Below, piece after piece: positions 1 through 13,600 of a stretch of 64,000 bases of DNA. The notes under the pieces are model-generated. The model saw only the letters and a program-made list of their open reading frames with translations. It did not search any database and was not told the origin of the DNA. Source of the DNA: Eledone cirrhosa (lineage: Eukaryota); assembly GCA_964016885.1 (NCBI GenBank), contig OZ024742.1, positions 184,884,001-184,948,000 of the forward strand, read 5' to 3'. A program made the translations under genes and the position numbers. The stretch's first letter is position 1. Every line of letters begins with the position of its first letter.

Positions 1-3000
1 TTGGGGTTAAGTTAAGTTGGGGTTAAGTTAAGTTGGGGTTAAGTTAAGTCGGGGTTAAGTTAAGTTGGGGTTAAGTTAAGTTGGGGTTAAGTTAAGTTGG
101 GGTCAAGTTAAGTTGGGGTTAAGTTAAGTTGGGGTTAAGTTAAGTTGGGGTTAAGTTAAGTCGCGGTTAGTTAAGTTGGGGTTAAGTTAAGATGGGGTTA
201 AGTTAAGTTGTGGTTAAGTTAAGTTGGGGTTAAGATAAGTTGGGGTTAAGTTAAGTTGCGGTTGAGTTAAGTTAGGGTTGAGTTAATTGGGGTTAAGTTA
301 AGTTGGGGCTAAGTTAAGTTGGGGCTAAGTTAAGTTGGGGCTAAGTTAAGTTGGGGTTAAGTTAAGGTGGGGTTTAGTTAAGTTGGGGTTGAGTTAAGTT
401 GGGGTTGAGTTAAGTTGGGGTTAAGTTAAGTTGGGGTTAAGTTAAGTTAGGGTTAACTTAATTGGGGTTAAGTTAAGTTTAGGTTAACTTAAGTTGGGGT
501 TAAGTTAAGTTGGGGTTAAGTTAAGTTGGGGCTAAGTTAAGTTGGGGCTAAGTTAAGTTGGGGCTAAGTTAAGTTGGGGTTAAGTTAAGGTGGGGTTTAG
601 TTAAGTTGGGGTTGAGTTAAGTTGGGGTTGAGTTAAGTTAGGGTTAAGTTAAGTTGGGGTTAAGTTAAGTTAGGGTTAACTTAAGTTGGGGTTAAGTTAA
701 GTTGGGGTTGAGGTAAGTTGGGGTTTAATTAAGTTGGGGTTGAGTTAAGTTGGGGTTGAGTTAAGTTGGGCTTGAGTTAAGTTGGGGTTGAGTTAAGTTG
801 GGCTTATCTTAAGTTGGGGTTAATTTAAGATGGGGTTAAGTTAAGTTGGGGTTAAGTTAATTTGGGGTTAAGTTAAGTTGGGGTTAAGTTAAGTTGGGGT
901 TATGTTAAGTTGGGGTTAAGTTAAGTTGAGGTTAACTTAAGTTGGGGTTAAGTTAAGTTGGGGTTAAGTTAAGTTGGGGCTAAGTTAAGTTGGGGCTAAG
1001 TTAAGTTGGGGTTAAGTTAAGTTGGGGTTAAGTTAAGTTGGGGTCAACTTAAGTTGGGGCTAAATTAAGTTGGGGTTAAGTTAAGTTGGGGCTAAGTTAA
1101 GTTGGAGTTAAGTTAAGTTGGGGTTAAATTAAGTTGGGGTCAACGTAAGTTGGGGTTAAGTTAAGTTGGGGTTAAGTTAATTTGGGGGTAAGTTAAGTTG
1201 GGGTTAAGTTAAGTTGGGGTTAAGTTAAGTTGGGGTTAAGTTAAGTTGGGGCTGAGTTAAATTGGGGCTGTGTTAAGTTGGGGTTAAGTTAAGTTGGGGT
1301 TAAGTTAAGTTGGGGTTAAGTTAAGTTGGGGTTAAGTTGGGGTTAAATTAAGTTGGGGTTAATTTAAGTTGGGGTTAAGTTAAGTTGGGTTTAGGTTAAG
1401 TTGGGGTTGAGTTAAGTTGGGGTTAAGTTAAGTTGGGGTTAATTTAAGTTGGGGTTAAGTTAAGTTGGGGCTGAGTTAAGTTGGGGTTAAGTTAAGTTGG
1501 GGTTAAGTTAAGTTGGGGTTAAGTTAAGTTGGGGTTAAGTTAAGTTGGGGTTAAGATAAGTTGGGGTTAAGTTAAGTTGGGGTTGAGTTAAGTTGGGGTT
1601 GAGTTAATTTGGGGTTAAGTTAAGTTGGGGTTAACTTAAGTTGGGGTTCAGTTAAGTTGGCGTTCAGTTAAGTTGCGGTGAAGTTAAGTTGGGGTTAACT
1701 TAAGTCGGGGTTAAGTTAAGTTGGGGTTAAGTTAAGTTGGGGTGAAGTTAAGTTGGGGTTAAGTTAAGTTGGGGTTATGTTAAGTTGGCGTTCAGTTAAG
1801 TTGCGGTGAAGTTAAGTTGGGGTTAACTTAAGTCGGGGTTAAGTTAAGTTGGGGTTAAGTTAAGTTGGGGTCAAGTTAAGTTGGGGTTAAGTTAAGTTGG
1901 GGTTATGTTAAGTTGGGGTTAAGTTAAGTTGGGGTTAAGTTAAGTCGGGGTTAAGTTAAGTTGGGGTTAAGTTAATTGGGGGTAAGTTAAGTTTGGGTTA
2001 AGTTGGGGTTAAGTTAAGTTAGGGTTAAGTTACGTTGGGGTTGAGTTAAGTTGGGGTTAATTTAAATTGGGGTTAAGTTAACTTTGTGGTTAAGTTAGGT
2101 TGGGGTTAAGTTAAGTTGAGGTTAAGTTAATTTGAGGTTAAGTTAAGTTGGGGTTAAGTTAAGTTGGGGTTAAATTAAGCTGGGTTGAAGTTAAGTTGGG
2201 GTTAAGTTAAGTTGGGGTTAAGTTAAGTTGGGGTCAAGTTAAGTTGGGGTTAAGTTAAGTTAGGGTTAAGTTAAGCTTGGGTTAAATTAAGTTGGGGTTG
2301 AGTTAATTTGGGGTTGAGTTAAGTTGGGGTTGAGTTAAGTTGGGGTTGAGTTAAGTTGGGGTTAAGTTAAGTTGGGGTTAACTTAAGTTGGGGTTAAGTT
2401 AAGTTGGGGTCAATTTAAGTTGAGGTTAAGTTAACTTGGGATTAAGTTAAGTTGGGGTTAACTTAAATTGAGGTTAAGTTAAGTTGGGGTTAAGTTAAGT
2501 TGGGGGTAAGTTAAGTTGGGGGTAAGTTAAGTTTGGGTTAAGTTGGGGTTAAGTTAAGTTAGGGTTAAGTTACGTTGGGGTTGAGTTAAGTTGGGGTTAA
2601 TTTAAATTGGGGTTAAGTTAACTTTGTGGTTAAGTTAAGTTGGGGTTAAGTTAAGTTGAGGTTAAGTTAATTTGAGGTTAAGTTAAGTTGGGGTTAAGTT
2701 AAGTTGGGGTTAAATTAAGCTGGGTTGAAGTTAAGTTGGGGTTAAGTTAAGTTGGGGTTAAGTTAAGTTGGGGTTGAGTTAAGTTGGGGTTAAGTTAAGT
2801 TGGGTTTAAGTTAAGTTGGGGTTAAGTTAAGTTGGGGTTAAGTTAAGGTGGGGTTAAGTTAAGTTGGGGTTAAGTTAAGTCGGGGTTAAGTTAAGTTGGG
2901 GTTAAGTTAAGTTGGGGTTAAATTAAGTTGGGGTTAAGTTAAGTTGGGGTTAAGATAAGTTGGGGTTAAGTTAAGTTGGGGTTGAGTTAAGTTGGGGTTG

Positions 3001-4650
3001 AGTTAATTTGGGGTTAAGTTAAGTTGGGGTTAACTTAAGTTGGGGTTAAGTTAAGTTGGCGTTCAGTTAAGTTGCGGTTAAGTTAAGTTGGGGTTAACTT
3101 AAGTCGGGGTTAAGTTAAGTTGGGGTTAAGTTAAGTTGGGGTCAGGTTAAGTTGGGGTTAAGTTAAGTTGGGGTTAAGTTAAGTTGGGGTTAAGTTAAGT
3201 CGGGGTTAAGTTAAGTTGGGGTTAAGTTAAGTTGGGGTTAAGTTAAGTTGGGGTCAAGTTAAGTTGGGGTTAAGTTAAGTTGGGGTTAAGTTAAGTTGGG
3301 GTTAAGTTAAGTCGCGGTTAGTTAAGTTGGGGTTAAGTTAAGATGGGGTTAAGTTAAGTTGTGGTTAAGTTAAGTTGGGGTTAAGATAAGTTGGGGTTAA
3401 CTTAAGTTGCGGTTGAGTTAAGTTAGGGTTGAGTTAATTGGGGTTAAGTTAAGTTGGGGCTAAGTTAAGTTGGGGCTAAGTTAAGTTGGGGCTAAGTTAA
3501 GTTGGGGTTAAGTTAAGGTGGGGTTTAGTTAAGTTGGGGTTGAGTTAAGTTGGGGTTGAGTTAAGTTGGGGTTAAGTTAAGTTGGGGTTAAGTTAAGTTA
3601 GGGTTAACTTAAGTTGGGGTTAAGTTAAGTTTAGGTTAACTTAAGTTGGGGTTAAGTTAAGTTGGGGTTAAGTTAAGTTGGGGCTAAGTTAAGTTGGGGC
3701 TAAGTTAAGTTGGGGCTAAGTTAAGTTGGGGTTAAGTTAAGGTGGGGTTTAGTTAAGTTGGGGTTGAGTTAAGTTGGGGTTGAGTTAAGTTAGGGTTAAG
3801 TTAAGTTGGGGTTAAGTTAAGTTAGGGTTAACTTAAGTTGGGGTTAAGTTAAGTTGGGGTTGAGTTAAGTTGGGGTTTAATTAAGTTGGGGTTGAGTTAA
3901 GTTGGGGTTGAGTTAAGTTGGGCTTGAGTTAAGTTGGGGTTGAGTTAAGTTGGGCTTATCTTAAGTTGGGGTTAATTTAAGATGGGGCTAAGTTAAGTTG
4001 GGGTTAAGTTAATTTGGGGTTAAGTTAAGTTGGGGTTAAGTTAAGTTGGGGTTATGTTAAGTTGGGGTTAAGTTAAGTTGAGGTTAACTTAAGTTGGGGT
4101 TAAGTTAAGTTGGGGTTAAGTTAAGTTGGGGCTAAGTTAAGTTGGGGCTAAGTTAAGTTGGGGTTAAGTTAAGTTGGGGTTAAGTTAAGTTGGGGTCAAC
4201 TTAAGTTGGGGCTAAGTTAAGTTGGGGTTAAGTTAAGTTGGGGCTAAGTTAAGTTGGAGTTAAGTTAAGTTGGGGTTAAATTAAGTTGGGGTCAACGTAA
4301 GTTGGGGTTAAGTTAAGTTGGGGTTAAGTTAATTTGGGGGTAAGTTAAGTTGGGGTTAAGTTAAGTTGGGGTTAAGTTAAGTTGGGGTTAAGTTAAGTTG
4401 GGGCTGAGTTAAATTGGGGCTGTGTTAAGTTGGGGTTAAGTTAAGTTGGGGTTAAGTTAAGTTGGGGTTAAGTTAAGTTGGGGTTAAGTTGGGGTTAAAT
4501 TAAGTTGGGGTTAATTTAAGTTGGGGTTAAGTTAAGTTGGGTTTAGGTTAAGTTGGGGTTGAGTTAAGTTGGGGTTAAGTTAAGTTGGGGTTAATTTAAG
4601 TTGGGGTTAAGTTAAGTTGGGGCTGAGTTAAGTTGGGGTTAAGTTAAGTT
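1..4650 (+). repeat. ~3.15-kb-offset recurrence of the first ~1.5 kb, with nested 128-, 224- and 540-bp local duplications
   Basis: TCGCGGTTAG at 161/3312 and CTTATCT at 803/3955 (+3152 = 197x16). GGTGGGGTTTAG at 366/589 (+223). CGTTCAGTTAAGTTGCGGTG at 1661/1789 (+128). GGTAAGTTAAGTTTGGGTTAAG at 1981/2521 (+540). Confidence 0.85.
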
Positions 4651-7600
4651 GGGGTTGAGTTAAGTTGGGGTTAAGTTAAGTTGGGGTTAAGTTAAGTTGG
4701 GGTTAAGTTAAGTTGGGGTTAAGTTAAGTTGGGGTTAAGTTAAGTTGGGGTTAAGTTAAGTTGGGGTTAAGATAAGTTGGGGTTAAGTTAAGTTGGGGTT
4801 GAGTTAAGTTGGGGTTGAGTTAAGTTGGGGTTAAGTTAAGTTGGGGTTAATTTAAGTTGGGGTTAAGTTAAGTTGGGGCTGAGTTAAGTTGGGGTTAAGT
4901 TAAGTTGGGGTTGAGTTAAGTTGGGGTTAAGTTAAGTTGGGGTTAAGTTAAGTCGGGGTTACGTTAAGTTGGGGTTAAGTTAAGTTGGGGTTAAGTTAAG
5001 TTGGGGTTAAGTTAAGTTGGGGTTAACTTAAGTCGGGGTTAAGTTAAGTTGGGGTTAAGTTAAGTTGGGGTCAAGTTAAGTTGGGGTTAAGTTGGGGTTA
5101 TGTTAAGTTGGGGTTAAGTTAAGTTGGGGTTAAGTTAAGTCGGGGTTAAGTTAAGTTGGGGTTAAGTTAAGTTGGGGTTAAGTTAAGTTGGGGTCAAGTT
5201 AAGTTGGGGTTAAGTTAAGTTGGGGTTAAGTTAAGTCGCGGTTAAGTTAAGTTGGGGTTAAGTTAAGATGGGGTTAAGTTAAGTTGGGGTTAAGTTAAGT
5301 TGGGGTTAAGATAAGTTGGGGTTAAGTTAAGTTGGGGTTGAGTTAAGTTGGGGTTGAGTTAATTGGGGTTAAGTTAAGTTGGGGTTAACTTAAGTTGGGT
5401 TTAAGTTAAGTTGGGGTTAAGTTAAGTTGGGGTTAAATTAAGTTGGGGTTAAGATAAGTTGGGGTTAAGTTAAGTCGGGGTTAAGTTAAGTCGGGGTTAA
5501 GTTAAGTTGGGGTTAAGTTAACTTGGTGTTAAGTTAAGTTGGGGCTCAGTTAAGTTGGGGTTGAGTTAAGTTGGGGTCAATTTAAGTTGGGACTAAGCTA
5601 AGTTGGGGTTAAGTTAAGTTGGGGTTAAGTTAAGTTGGCGCTAAGTTTAGTGAAGGTTAAGTTAAGTTGGGGTTGAGTTAAGTTTGGGTTAAGTTAAGTT
5701 GGGGTTAAGTTAAGTTAGGGTTAAGTTAAGCTTGGGTTAAGTTAAGTTGGGGTTGAGTTAATTTGGGGTTGAGTTAAGTTGGGGTTGAGTTAAGTTGGGG
5801 TTGAGTTAAGTTGGGGTTAAGTTAAGATGGGGTTAACTTAAGTTGGGGTTAAGTTAAGTTGGGGTCAATTTAAGTTGAGGTTAAGTTAACTTGGGATTAA
5901 GTTAAGTTGGGGTTAACTTAAATTGAGGTTAAGTTAAGTTGGGGTTAAGTTAAGTTGGGGGTAAGTTAAGTTGGGGGTAAGTTAAGTTTGGGTTAAGTTG
6001 GGGTTAAGTTAAGTTAGGGTTAAGTTACGTTGGGGTTGAGTTAAGTTGGGGTTAATTTAAATTGGGGTTAAGTTAACTTTGTGGTTCAGTTAAGTTGGGG
6101 TTAAGTTAAGTTGGGGCTTATTTAAGTTGGGGTTAAGTTAAGTTGTGGTTAAGTTAAGTTGGGGTTAAGTTAAGTTGGGGTTAAGTTAAGTTGGGGTTAA
6201 ATTAAGCTGGGTTGAAGTTAAGTTGGGGTTAAGTTATGTTGGGGTTAAGTTAAGTTGGGGTTAAGTTAAGTTGGGGTTAAGTTAAGTCGGGGTTAAGTTA
6301 ATTTGGGGTTCAGTTAAGTTGGGGTTAAGTTAAGTTGGGGCTTATTTAAGTTGGGGTTAAGTTAAGTTGTGGTTAAGTTAAGTTGGGGTTAAGTTAAGTC
6401 GGGGTTAAGTTAAGTCGGGGTTAAGTTAAGTTGTGGTTAAGTTAAGTTGGGGTTAAGTTAAGTTGGGGTTAAGTTAAGTTAGGGATAAGCTAAGTTGGCG
6501 TTAAGTTAAGTTGGGGTTAAGTTAAGTTGTGGTTAAGTTAAGTTGGGGCTGAGTTAAGTTGGGGTCAAGTTAAGTTGGGGTTGAGTTAAGTTGGGGTTAA
6601 GTTAACTTGGGGTTAATTTAAGTTGGGGTTAAGTCAAATTGGGTTTGAGTTAAGTTAGGGTTACGTTAAGTTGGGGTTAAGTTAAGTTGGGGTTAAGTTA
6701 AGTAGGGGTTAAGTTAAGTTGGGGTTAAATTAAGCTGGGTTTAAGTTAAGTTGGGGTTAAGTTAAGTTGGGGTTAAGTTAAGTTGGGGTTAAGTTAAGTT
6801 GAGGTTAAGTTAAGTTGGGGTTAAATTCAGTTGGGGTTAACTTAAGTTGGGGTTAAGTTAAGTTGGGGTTAAGTTAAGTTGAGTTTAAGTTAAGTTGGAG
6901 TTAATTTAAGTTGAGGTTAAGTTAAGTTGTGGTAAAGTTAAGTTGGGGTTAAGTTAAGTTGGGGTTAAGTTAAGTTGGGGTTCAGTTAAGTTGGGGTTAA
7001 GTTAAGTAGGGGTTCAGTTGGGGTTAAATTAAGTTGGGGTTAAGTTAAGTTGGGGTTAAGTTAAGTTGGGGTTAAGTTAAGTTGGGGTTAAGTTAAGTTG
7101 GGGTTAAGTTAAGTTGGGGTTGAGTTAAGTTGGGGTTAAGTTAAGTCGGGGTTAAGTTAAGTTGGGGTTAAGTTAAGTTGGGGTTAAGTTAAGTTGGGGT
7201 TAAGTTAAGTTGGGGTTGAGTTAAGTTGGGGTTAAGTTAAGTTGGGTTTAAGTTAAGTTGGGGTTAAGTTAAGTTGGGGTTAAGTTAAGGTGGGGTTAAG
7301 TTAAGTTGGGGTTAAGTTAAGTCGGGGTTAAGTTAAGTTGGGGTTAAGTTAAGTTGGGGTTAAGTTAAGTTGGGGTTAAGTTAAGTTCGGGTTAAGATAA
7401 GTTGGGGTTAAGTTAAGTTGGGGTTGAGTTAAGTTGGGGTTGAGTTAATTTGGGGTTAAGTTAAGTTGGGGTTAACTTAAGTTGGGGTTAAGTTAAGTTG
7501 GCGTTCAGTTAAGTTGCGGTTAAGTTAAGTTGGGGTTAACTTAAGTCGGGTTTAAGTTAAGTTGGGGTTAAGTTAAGTTGGGGTCAAGTTAAGTTGGGGT

Positions 7601-10600
7601 TAAGTTAAGTTGGGGTTAAGTTAAGTTGGGGTTAAGTTAAGTCGGGGTTAAGTTAAGTTGGGGTTAAGTTAAGTTGGGGTTAAGTTAAGTTGGGGTCAAG
7701 TTAAGTTGGGGTTAAGTTAAGTTGGGGTTAAGTTAAGTTGGGGTTAAGTTAAGTCGCGGTTAAGTTAAGTTGGGGTTAAGTTAAGATGGGGTTAAGTTAA
7801 GTTGTGGTTAAGTTAAGTTGGGGTTAAGATAAGTTGGGGTTAAGTTAAGTTGCGGTTGAGTTAAGTTGGGGTTGAGTTAATTGGGGTTAAGTTAAGTTGG
7901 GGTTAACTTAAGTTGGGTTTAAGTTAAGTTGGGGTTAAGTTAAGTTGGGGTTAAATTAAGTTGGGGTTATGATAAGTTGGGGTTAAGTTAAGTCGGGGTT
8001 AAGTTATGTCGGGGTTAAGTTAAGTTGGGGTTAAGTTAACTTGGTGTTAAGTTAAGTTGGGGTTCAGTTAAGTTGGGGTTGAGTTAAGTTGGGGGTCAAG
8101 TTAAGTTGGGGTTAAGCTAAGTTGGGGTTAAGTTAAGTTGGGGTTAAGTTAAGTTGGGGTTAATTTAAGTTTTGGTTAAGTTAAGTTGGGGTTAACTTAA
8201 GTTGGGGTTAAGTTAAGTTGGCGTTCAGTTAAGTTGCGGTTAAGTTAAGTTGGGGTTAACTTAAGTCGGGGTTAAGTTAAGTTGGGGTTAAGTTAAGTTG
8301 GGGTCAAGTTAAGTTGGGGTTAAGTTAAGTTGGGGTTGAGTTAAGTTGGGGTTAAGTTAAGTCGGGGTTAAGTTAAGTTGGGGTTAAGTTAAGTTGGGGT
8401 TAAGTTAAGTTGGGGTCAAGTTAAGTTGGGGTTAAGTTAAGTTGGGGTAAAGTTAAGTTGGGGTTAAGTTAAGTCGCGGTTAGTTAAGTTGGGGTTAAGT
8501 TAAGATGGGGTTAAGTTAAGTTGTGGTTAAGTTAAGTTGGGGTTAAGCTAAGTTGGGGTTAAGTTAAGTTGCGGTTGAGTTAAGTTAGGTTTGAGTTAAT
8601 TGGGGTTAAGTTAAGTTGGGGCTAAGTTAAGTTGGGGCTAAGTTAAGTTGGGGCTAAGTTAAGTTGGGGTTAAGTTAAGGTGGGGTTTAGTTAAGTTGGG
8701 GTTGAGTTAAGTTGGGGTTGAGTTAAGTTGGGGTTAAGTTAAGTTGGGGTTAAGTTAAGTTAGGGTTAACTTAAGTTGGGGTTAAGTTAAGTTTAGGTTA
8801 ACTTAAGTTGGGGTTAAGTTAAGTTGGGGTTAAGTTAAGTTGGGGCTAAGTTAAGTTGGGGCTAAGTTAAGTTGGGGCTAAGTTAAGTTGGGGTTAAGTT
8901 AAGGTGGGGTTTAGTTAAGTTGGGGTTGAGTTAAGTTGGGGTTGAGTTAAGTTAGGGTTAAGTTAAGTTGGGGTTAAGTTAAGTTAGGGTTAACTTAAGT
9001 TGGGGTTAAGTTAAGTTGGGGTTGAGTTAAGTTGGGGTTTAATTAAGTTGGGGTTGAGTTAAGTTGGGGTTGAGTTAAGTTGGGGTTGAGTTAAGTTGGG
9101 GTTGAGTTAAGTTGGGCTTATCTTAAGTTGGGGTTAATTTAAGATGGGGTTAAGTTAAGTTGGGGTTAAGTTAATTTGGGGTTAAGTTAAGTTGGGGTTA
9201 AGTTAAGTTGGGGTTATGTTAAGTTGGGGTTAAGTTAAGTTGAGGTTAACTTAAGTTGGGGTTAAGTTAAGTTGGGGTTAAGTTAAGTTGGGGCTAAGTT
9301 AAGTTGGGGCTAAGTTAAGTTGGGGTTAAGTTAAGTTGGGGTTAAGTTAAGTTGGGGTCAACTTAAGTTGGGGCTAAGTTAAGTTGGGGTTAAGTTAAGT
9401 TGGGGCTAAGTTAAGTTGGAGTTAAGTTAAGTTGGGGTTAAATTAAGTTGGGGTCAACGTAAGTTGGGGTTAAGTTAAGTTGGGGTTAAGTTAATTTGGG
9501 GGTAAGTTAAGTTGGGGTTAAGTTAAGTTGGGGTTAAGTTAAGTTGGGGTTAAGTTAAGTTGGGGCTGAGTTAAATTGGGGCTGTGTTAAGTTGGGGTTA
9601 AGTTAAGTTGGGGTTAAGTTAAGTTGGGGTTAAGTTGGGGTTAAATTAAGTTGGGGTTAATTTAAGTTGGGGTTAAGTTAAGTTGGGTTTAGGTTAAGTT
9701 GGGGTTGAGTTAAGTTGGGGTTAAGTTAAGTTGGGGTTAATTTAAGTTGGGGTTAAGTTAAGTTGGGGCTGAGTTAAGTTGGGGTTAAGTTAAGTTGGGG
9801 TTGAGTTAAGTTGGGGTTAAGTTAAGTTGGAGTTAAGTTAAGTCGGGGTTAAGTTAAGTTGGGGTTAAGTTAAGTTGGGGTTAAGTTAAGTTGGGGTTAA
9901 GTTAAGTTGGGGTTAAGTTAAGTTGGGGTTAAGATAAGTTGGGGTTAAGTTAAGTTGGGGTTGAGTTAAGTTGGGGTTGAGTTAATTTGGGGTTAAGTTA
10001 AGTTGGGGTTAACTTAAGTTGGGGTTCAGTTAAGTTGCCGTTCAGTTAAGTTGCGGTGAAGTTAAGTTGGGGTTAACTTAAGTCGGGGTTAAGTTAAGTT
10101 GGGGTTAAGTTAAGTTGGGGTTGAGTTAATTGGGGTTAAGTTAAGTTGGGGTTAACTTAAGTTGGGTTTAAGTTAAGTTGGGGTTAAGTTAAGTTGGGGT
10201 TAAATTAAGTTGGGGTTAAGATAAGTTGGGGTTAAGTTAAGTCGGGGTTAAGTTAAGTCGGGGTTAAGTTAAGTTGGGGTTAAGTTAACTTGGTGTTAAG
10301 TTAAGTTGGGGCTCAGTTAAGTTGGGGTTGAGTTAAGTTGGGGTCAATTTAAGTTGGGACTAAGCTAAGTTGGGGTTAAGTTAAGTTGGGGTTAAGTTAA
10401 GTTGGCGCTAAGTTTAGTGAAGGTTAAGTTAAGTTGGGGTTGAGTTAAGTTGGGGTTAAGTTAAGTTGGGGTTAAGTTAAGTTAGGGTTAAGTTAAGCTT
10501 GGGTTAAGTTAAGTTGGGGTTGAGTTAATTTGGGGTTGAGTTAAGTTGGGGTTGAGTTAAGTTGGGGTTGAGTTAAGTTGGGGTTAAGTTAAGTTGGGGT

Positions 10601-13600
10601 TAACTTAAGTTGGTGTTAAGTTAAGTTGGGGTCAATTTAAGTTGAGGTTAAGTTAACTTGGGATTAAGTTAAGTTGGGGTTAACTTAAATTGAGGTTAAG
10701 ATAAGTTGGGGTTAAGTTAAGTTGGGGGTAAGTTAAGTTGGGGGTAAGTTAAGTTTGGGTTAAGTTGGGGTTAAGTTAAGTTAGGGTTAAGTTACGTTGG
10801 GGTTGAGTTAAGTTGGGGTTAATTTAAATTGGGGTTAAGTTAACTTTGTGGTTCAGTTAAGTTGGGGTTAAGTTAAGTTGGGGCTTATTTAAGTTGGGGT
10901 TAAGTTAAGTTGTGGTTAAGTTAAGTTGGGGTTAAGTTAAGTTGGGGTTAAGTTAAGTTGGGGTTAAGTTAAGTTGGGGTTAAATTAAGCTGGGTTGAAG
11001 TTAAGTTGGGGTTAAGTTAAGTTGGGGTTAAGTTAAGTTGGGGTTAAGTTAAGTTGGGGTTAAGTTAAGTCGGGGTTAAGTTAATTTGGGGTTCAGTTAA
11101 GTTGGGGTTAAGTTAAGTTGGGGCTTATTTAAGTTGGGGTTAAGTTAAGTTGTGGTTAAGTTAAGTTGGGGTTAAGTTAAGTCGGGGTTAAGTTAAGTCG
11201 GGGTTAAGTTATAATGTGGTTAAGTTAAGTTGGGGTTAAGTTAAGTTGGGGTTAAGTTAAGTTAGGGATAAGCTAAGTTGGCGTTAAGTTAAGTTGGGGT
11301 TAAGTTAAGTTGGGGTTAAGTTAAGTTGAGGTTAAGTTAAGTTGGGGTTAAATTCAGTTGGGGTTAACTTAAGTTGTGGTAAAGTTAAGTTGGGGTTAAG
11401 TTAAGTTGGGGTTAAGTTAAGTTGGGGTTCAGTTAAGTTGGGGTTAAGTTAAGTAGGGGTTCAGTTGGGGTTAAATTAAGTTGGGGTTAAGTTAAGTTGG
11501 GGTTAAGTTAAGTTGGGGTTAAGTTAAGTTGGGGTTAAGTTAAGTTGGGGTTAAGTTAAGTTGGGGTTGAGTTAAGTTGGGGTTAAGTTAAGTCGGGGTT
11601 AAGTTAAGTTGGGGTTAAGTTAAGTTGGGGTTAAGTTAAGTTGGGGTTAAGTTAAGTTGGGGTTGAGTTAAGTTGGGGTTAAGTTAAGTTGGGTTTAAGT
11701 TAAGTTGGGGTTAAGTTAAGTTGGGGTTAAGTTAAGGTGGGGTTAAGTTAAGTTGGGGTTAAGTTAAGTCGGGGTTAAGTTAAGTTGGGGTTAAGTTAAG
11801 TTGGGGTTAAGTTAAGTTGGGGTTAAGTTAAGTTCGGGTTAAGATAAGTTGGGGTTAAGTTAAGTTGGGGTTGAGTTAAGTTGGGGTTGAGTTAATTTGG
11901 GGTTAAGTTAAGTTGGGGTTAACTTAAGTTGGGGTTAAGTTAAGTTGGCGTTCAGTTAAGTTGCGGTTAAGTTAAGTTGTGGTTAACTTAAGTCGGGTTT
12001 AAGTTAAGTTGGGGTTAAGTTAAGTTGGGGTCAAGTTAAGTTGGGGTTAAGTTAAGTTGGGGTTAAGTTAAGTTGGGGTTAAGTTAAGTCGGGGTTAAGT
12101 TAAGTTGGGGTTAAGTTAATTGGGGTTAAGTTAAGTTGGGGTCAAGTTAAGTTGGGGTTAAGTTAAGTTAGGGTTAAGTTAAGCTTGGGTTAAATTAAGT
12201 TGGGGTTGAGTTAATTTGGGGTTGAGTTAAGTTGGGGTTGAGTTAAGTTGGGGTTGAGTTAAGTTGGGGTTAAGTTAAGTTGGGGTTAACTTAAGTTGGG
12301 GTTAAGTTAAGTTGGGGTCAATTTAAGTTGAGGTTAAGTTAACTTGGGATTAAGTTAAGTTGGGGTTAACTTAAATTGAGGTTAAGTTAAGTTGGGGTTA
12401 AGTTAAGTTGGGGGTAAGTTAAGTTGGGGGTAAGTTAAGTTTGGGTTAAGTTGGGGTTAAGTTAAGTTAGGGTTAAGTTACGTTGGGGTTGAGTTAAGTT
12501 GGGGTTAATTTAAATTGGGGTTAAGTTAACTTTGTGGTTAAGTTAAGTTGGGGTTAAGTTAAGTTGAGGTTAAGTTAATTTGAGGTTAAGTTAAGTTGGG
12601 GTTAAGTTAAGTTGGGGTTAAATTAAGCTGGGTTGAAGTTAAGTTGGGGTTAAGTTAAGTTGGGGTTAAGTTAAGTTGGGGTTGAGTTAAGTTGGGGTTA
12701 AGTTAAGTTGGGTTTAAGTTAATTTGAGGTTAAGTTAAGTTGGGGTTAAGTTAAGTCGGGGTTAAGTTAAGTTGGGGTTAAGTTAAGTAGGGGTTAAGTT
12801 AAGTTGGGGTCAAGTTAAGTTGGGGTTAAGTTAAGTTGGGGTTAAGTTAAGTTGGGGTTAAGTTAAGTCGCGGTTAGTTAAGTTGGGGTTAAGTTAAGAT
12901 GGGGTTAAGTTAAGTTGTGGTTAAGTTAAGTTGGGGTTAAGATAAGTTGGGGTTAAGTTAAGTTGCGGTTGAGTTAAGTTAGGGTTGAGTTAATTGGGGT
13001 TAAGTTAAGTTGGGGCTAAGTTAAGTTGGGGCTAAGTTAAGTTGGGGCTAAGTTAAGTTGGGGTTAAGTTAAGGTGGGGTTTAGTTAAGTTGGAGTTGAG
13101 TTAAGTTGGGGTTGAGTTAAGTTGGGGTTAAGTTAAGTTGGGGTTAAGTTAAGTTAGGGTTAACTTAAGTTGGGGTTAAGTTAAGTTTAGGTTAACTTAA
13201 GTTGGGGTTAAGTTAATTTGGGGTTAAGTTAAGTTGGGGCTAAGTTAAGTTGGGGCTAAGTTAAGTTGGGGCTAAGTTAAGTTGGGGTTAAGTTAAGGTG
13301 GGGTTTAGTTAAGTTGGGGTTGAGTTAAGTTGGGGTTGAGTTAAGTTGGGGTTAAGTTAAGTTGGGGTTAAGTTAAGTTAGGGTTAACTTAAGTTGGGGT
13401 TAAGTTAAGTTGGGGTTGAGTTAAGTTGGGGTTTAATTAAGTTGGGGTTGAGTTAAGTTGGGGTTGAGTTAAGTTGGGCTTGAGTTAAGTTGGGGTTGAG
13501 TTAAGTTGGGCTTATCTTAAGTTGGGGTTAATTTAAGATGGGGTTAAGTTAAGTTGGGGTTAAGTTAATTTGGGGTTAAGTTAAGTTGGGGTTAAGTTAA

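Noticed and set aside
2081-2095. Short palindromes such as AAGTTAACTT as terminators or operators
   Set aside because: They arise from single G>C changes next to the palindromic TTAA core. They are too short and have no genic context.
11208-11222. Divergent stretch TTATAATGTGG resembling a -10 box (TATAAT)
   Set aside because: It is a degenerate copy of TTAAGTTGTGG in register with the array (compare ~6426-6436). There is nothing downstream to transcribe other than satellite.
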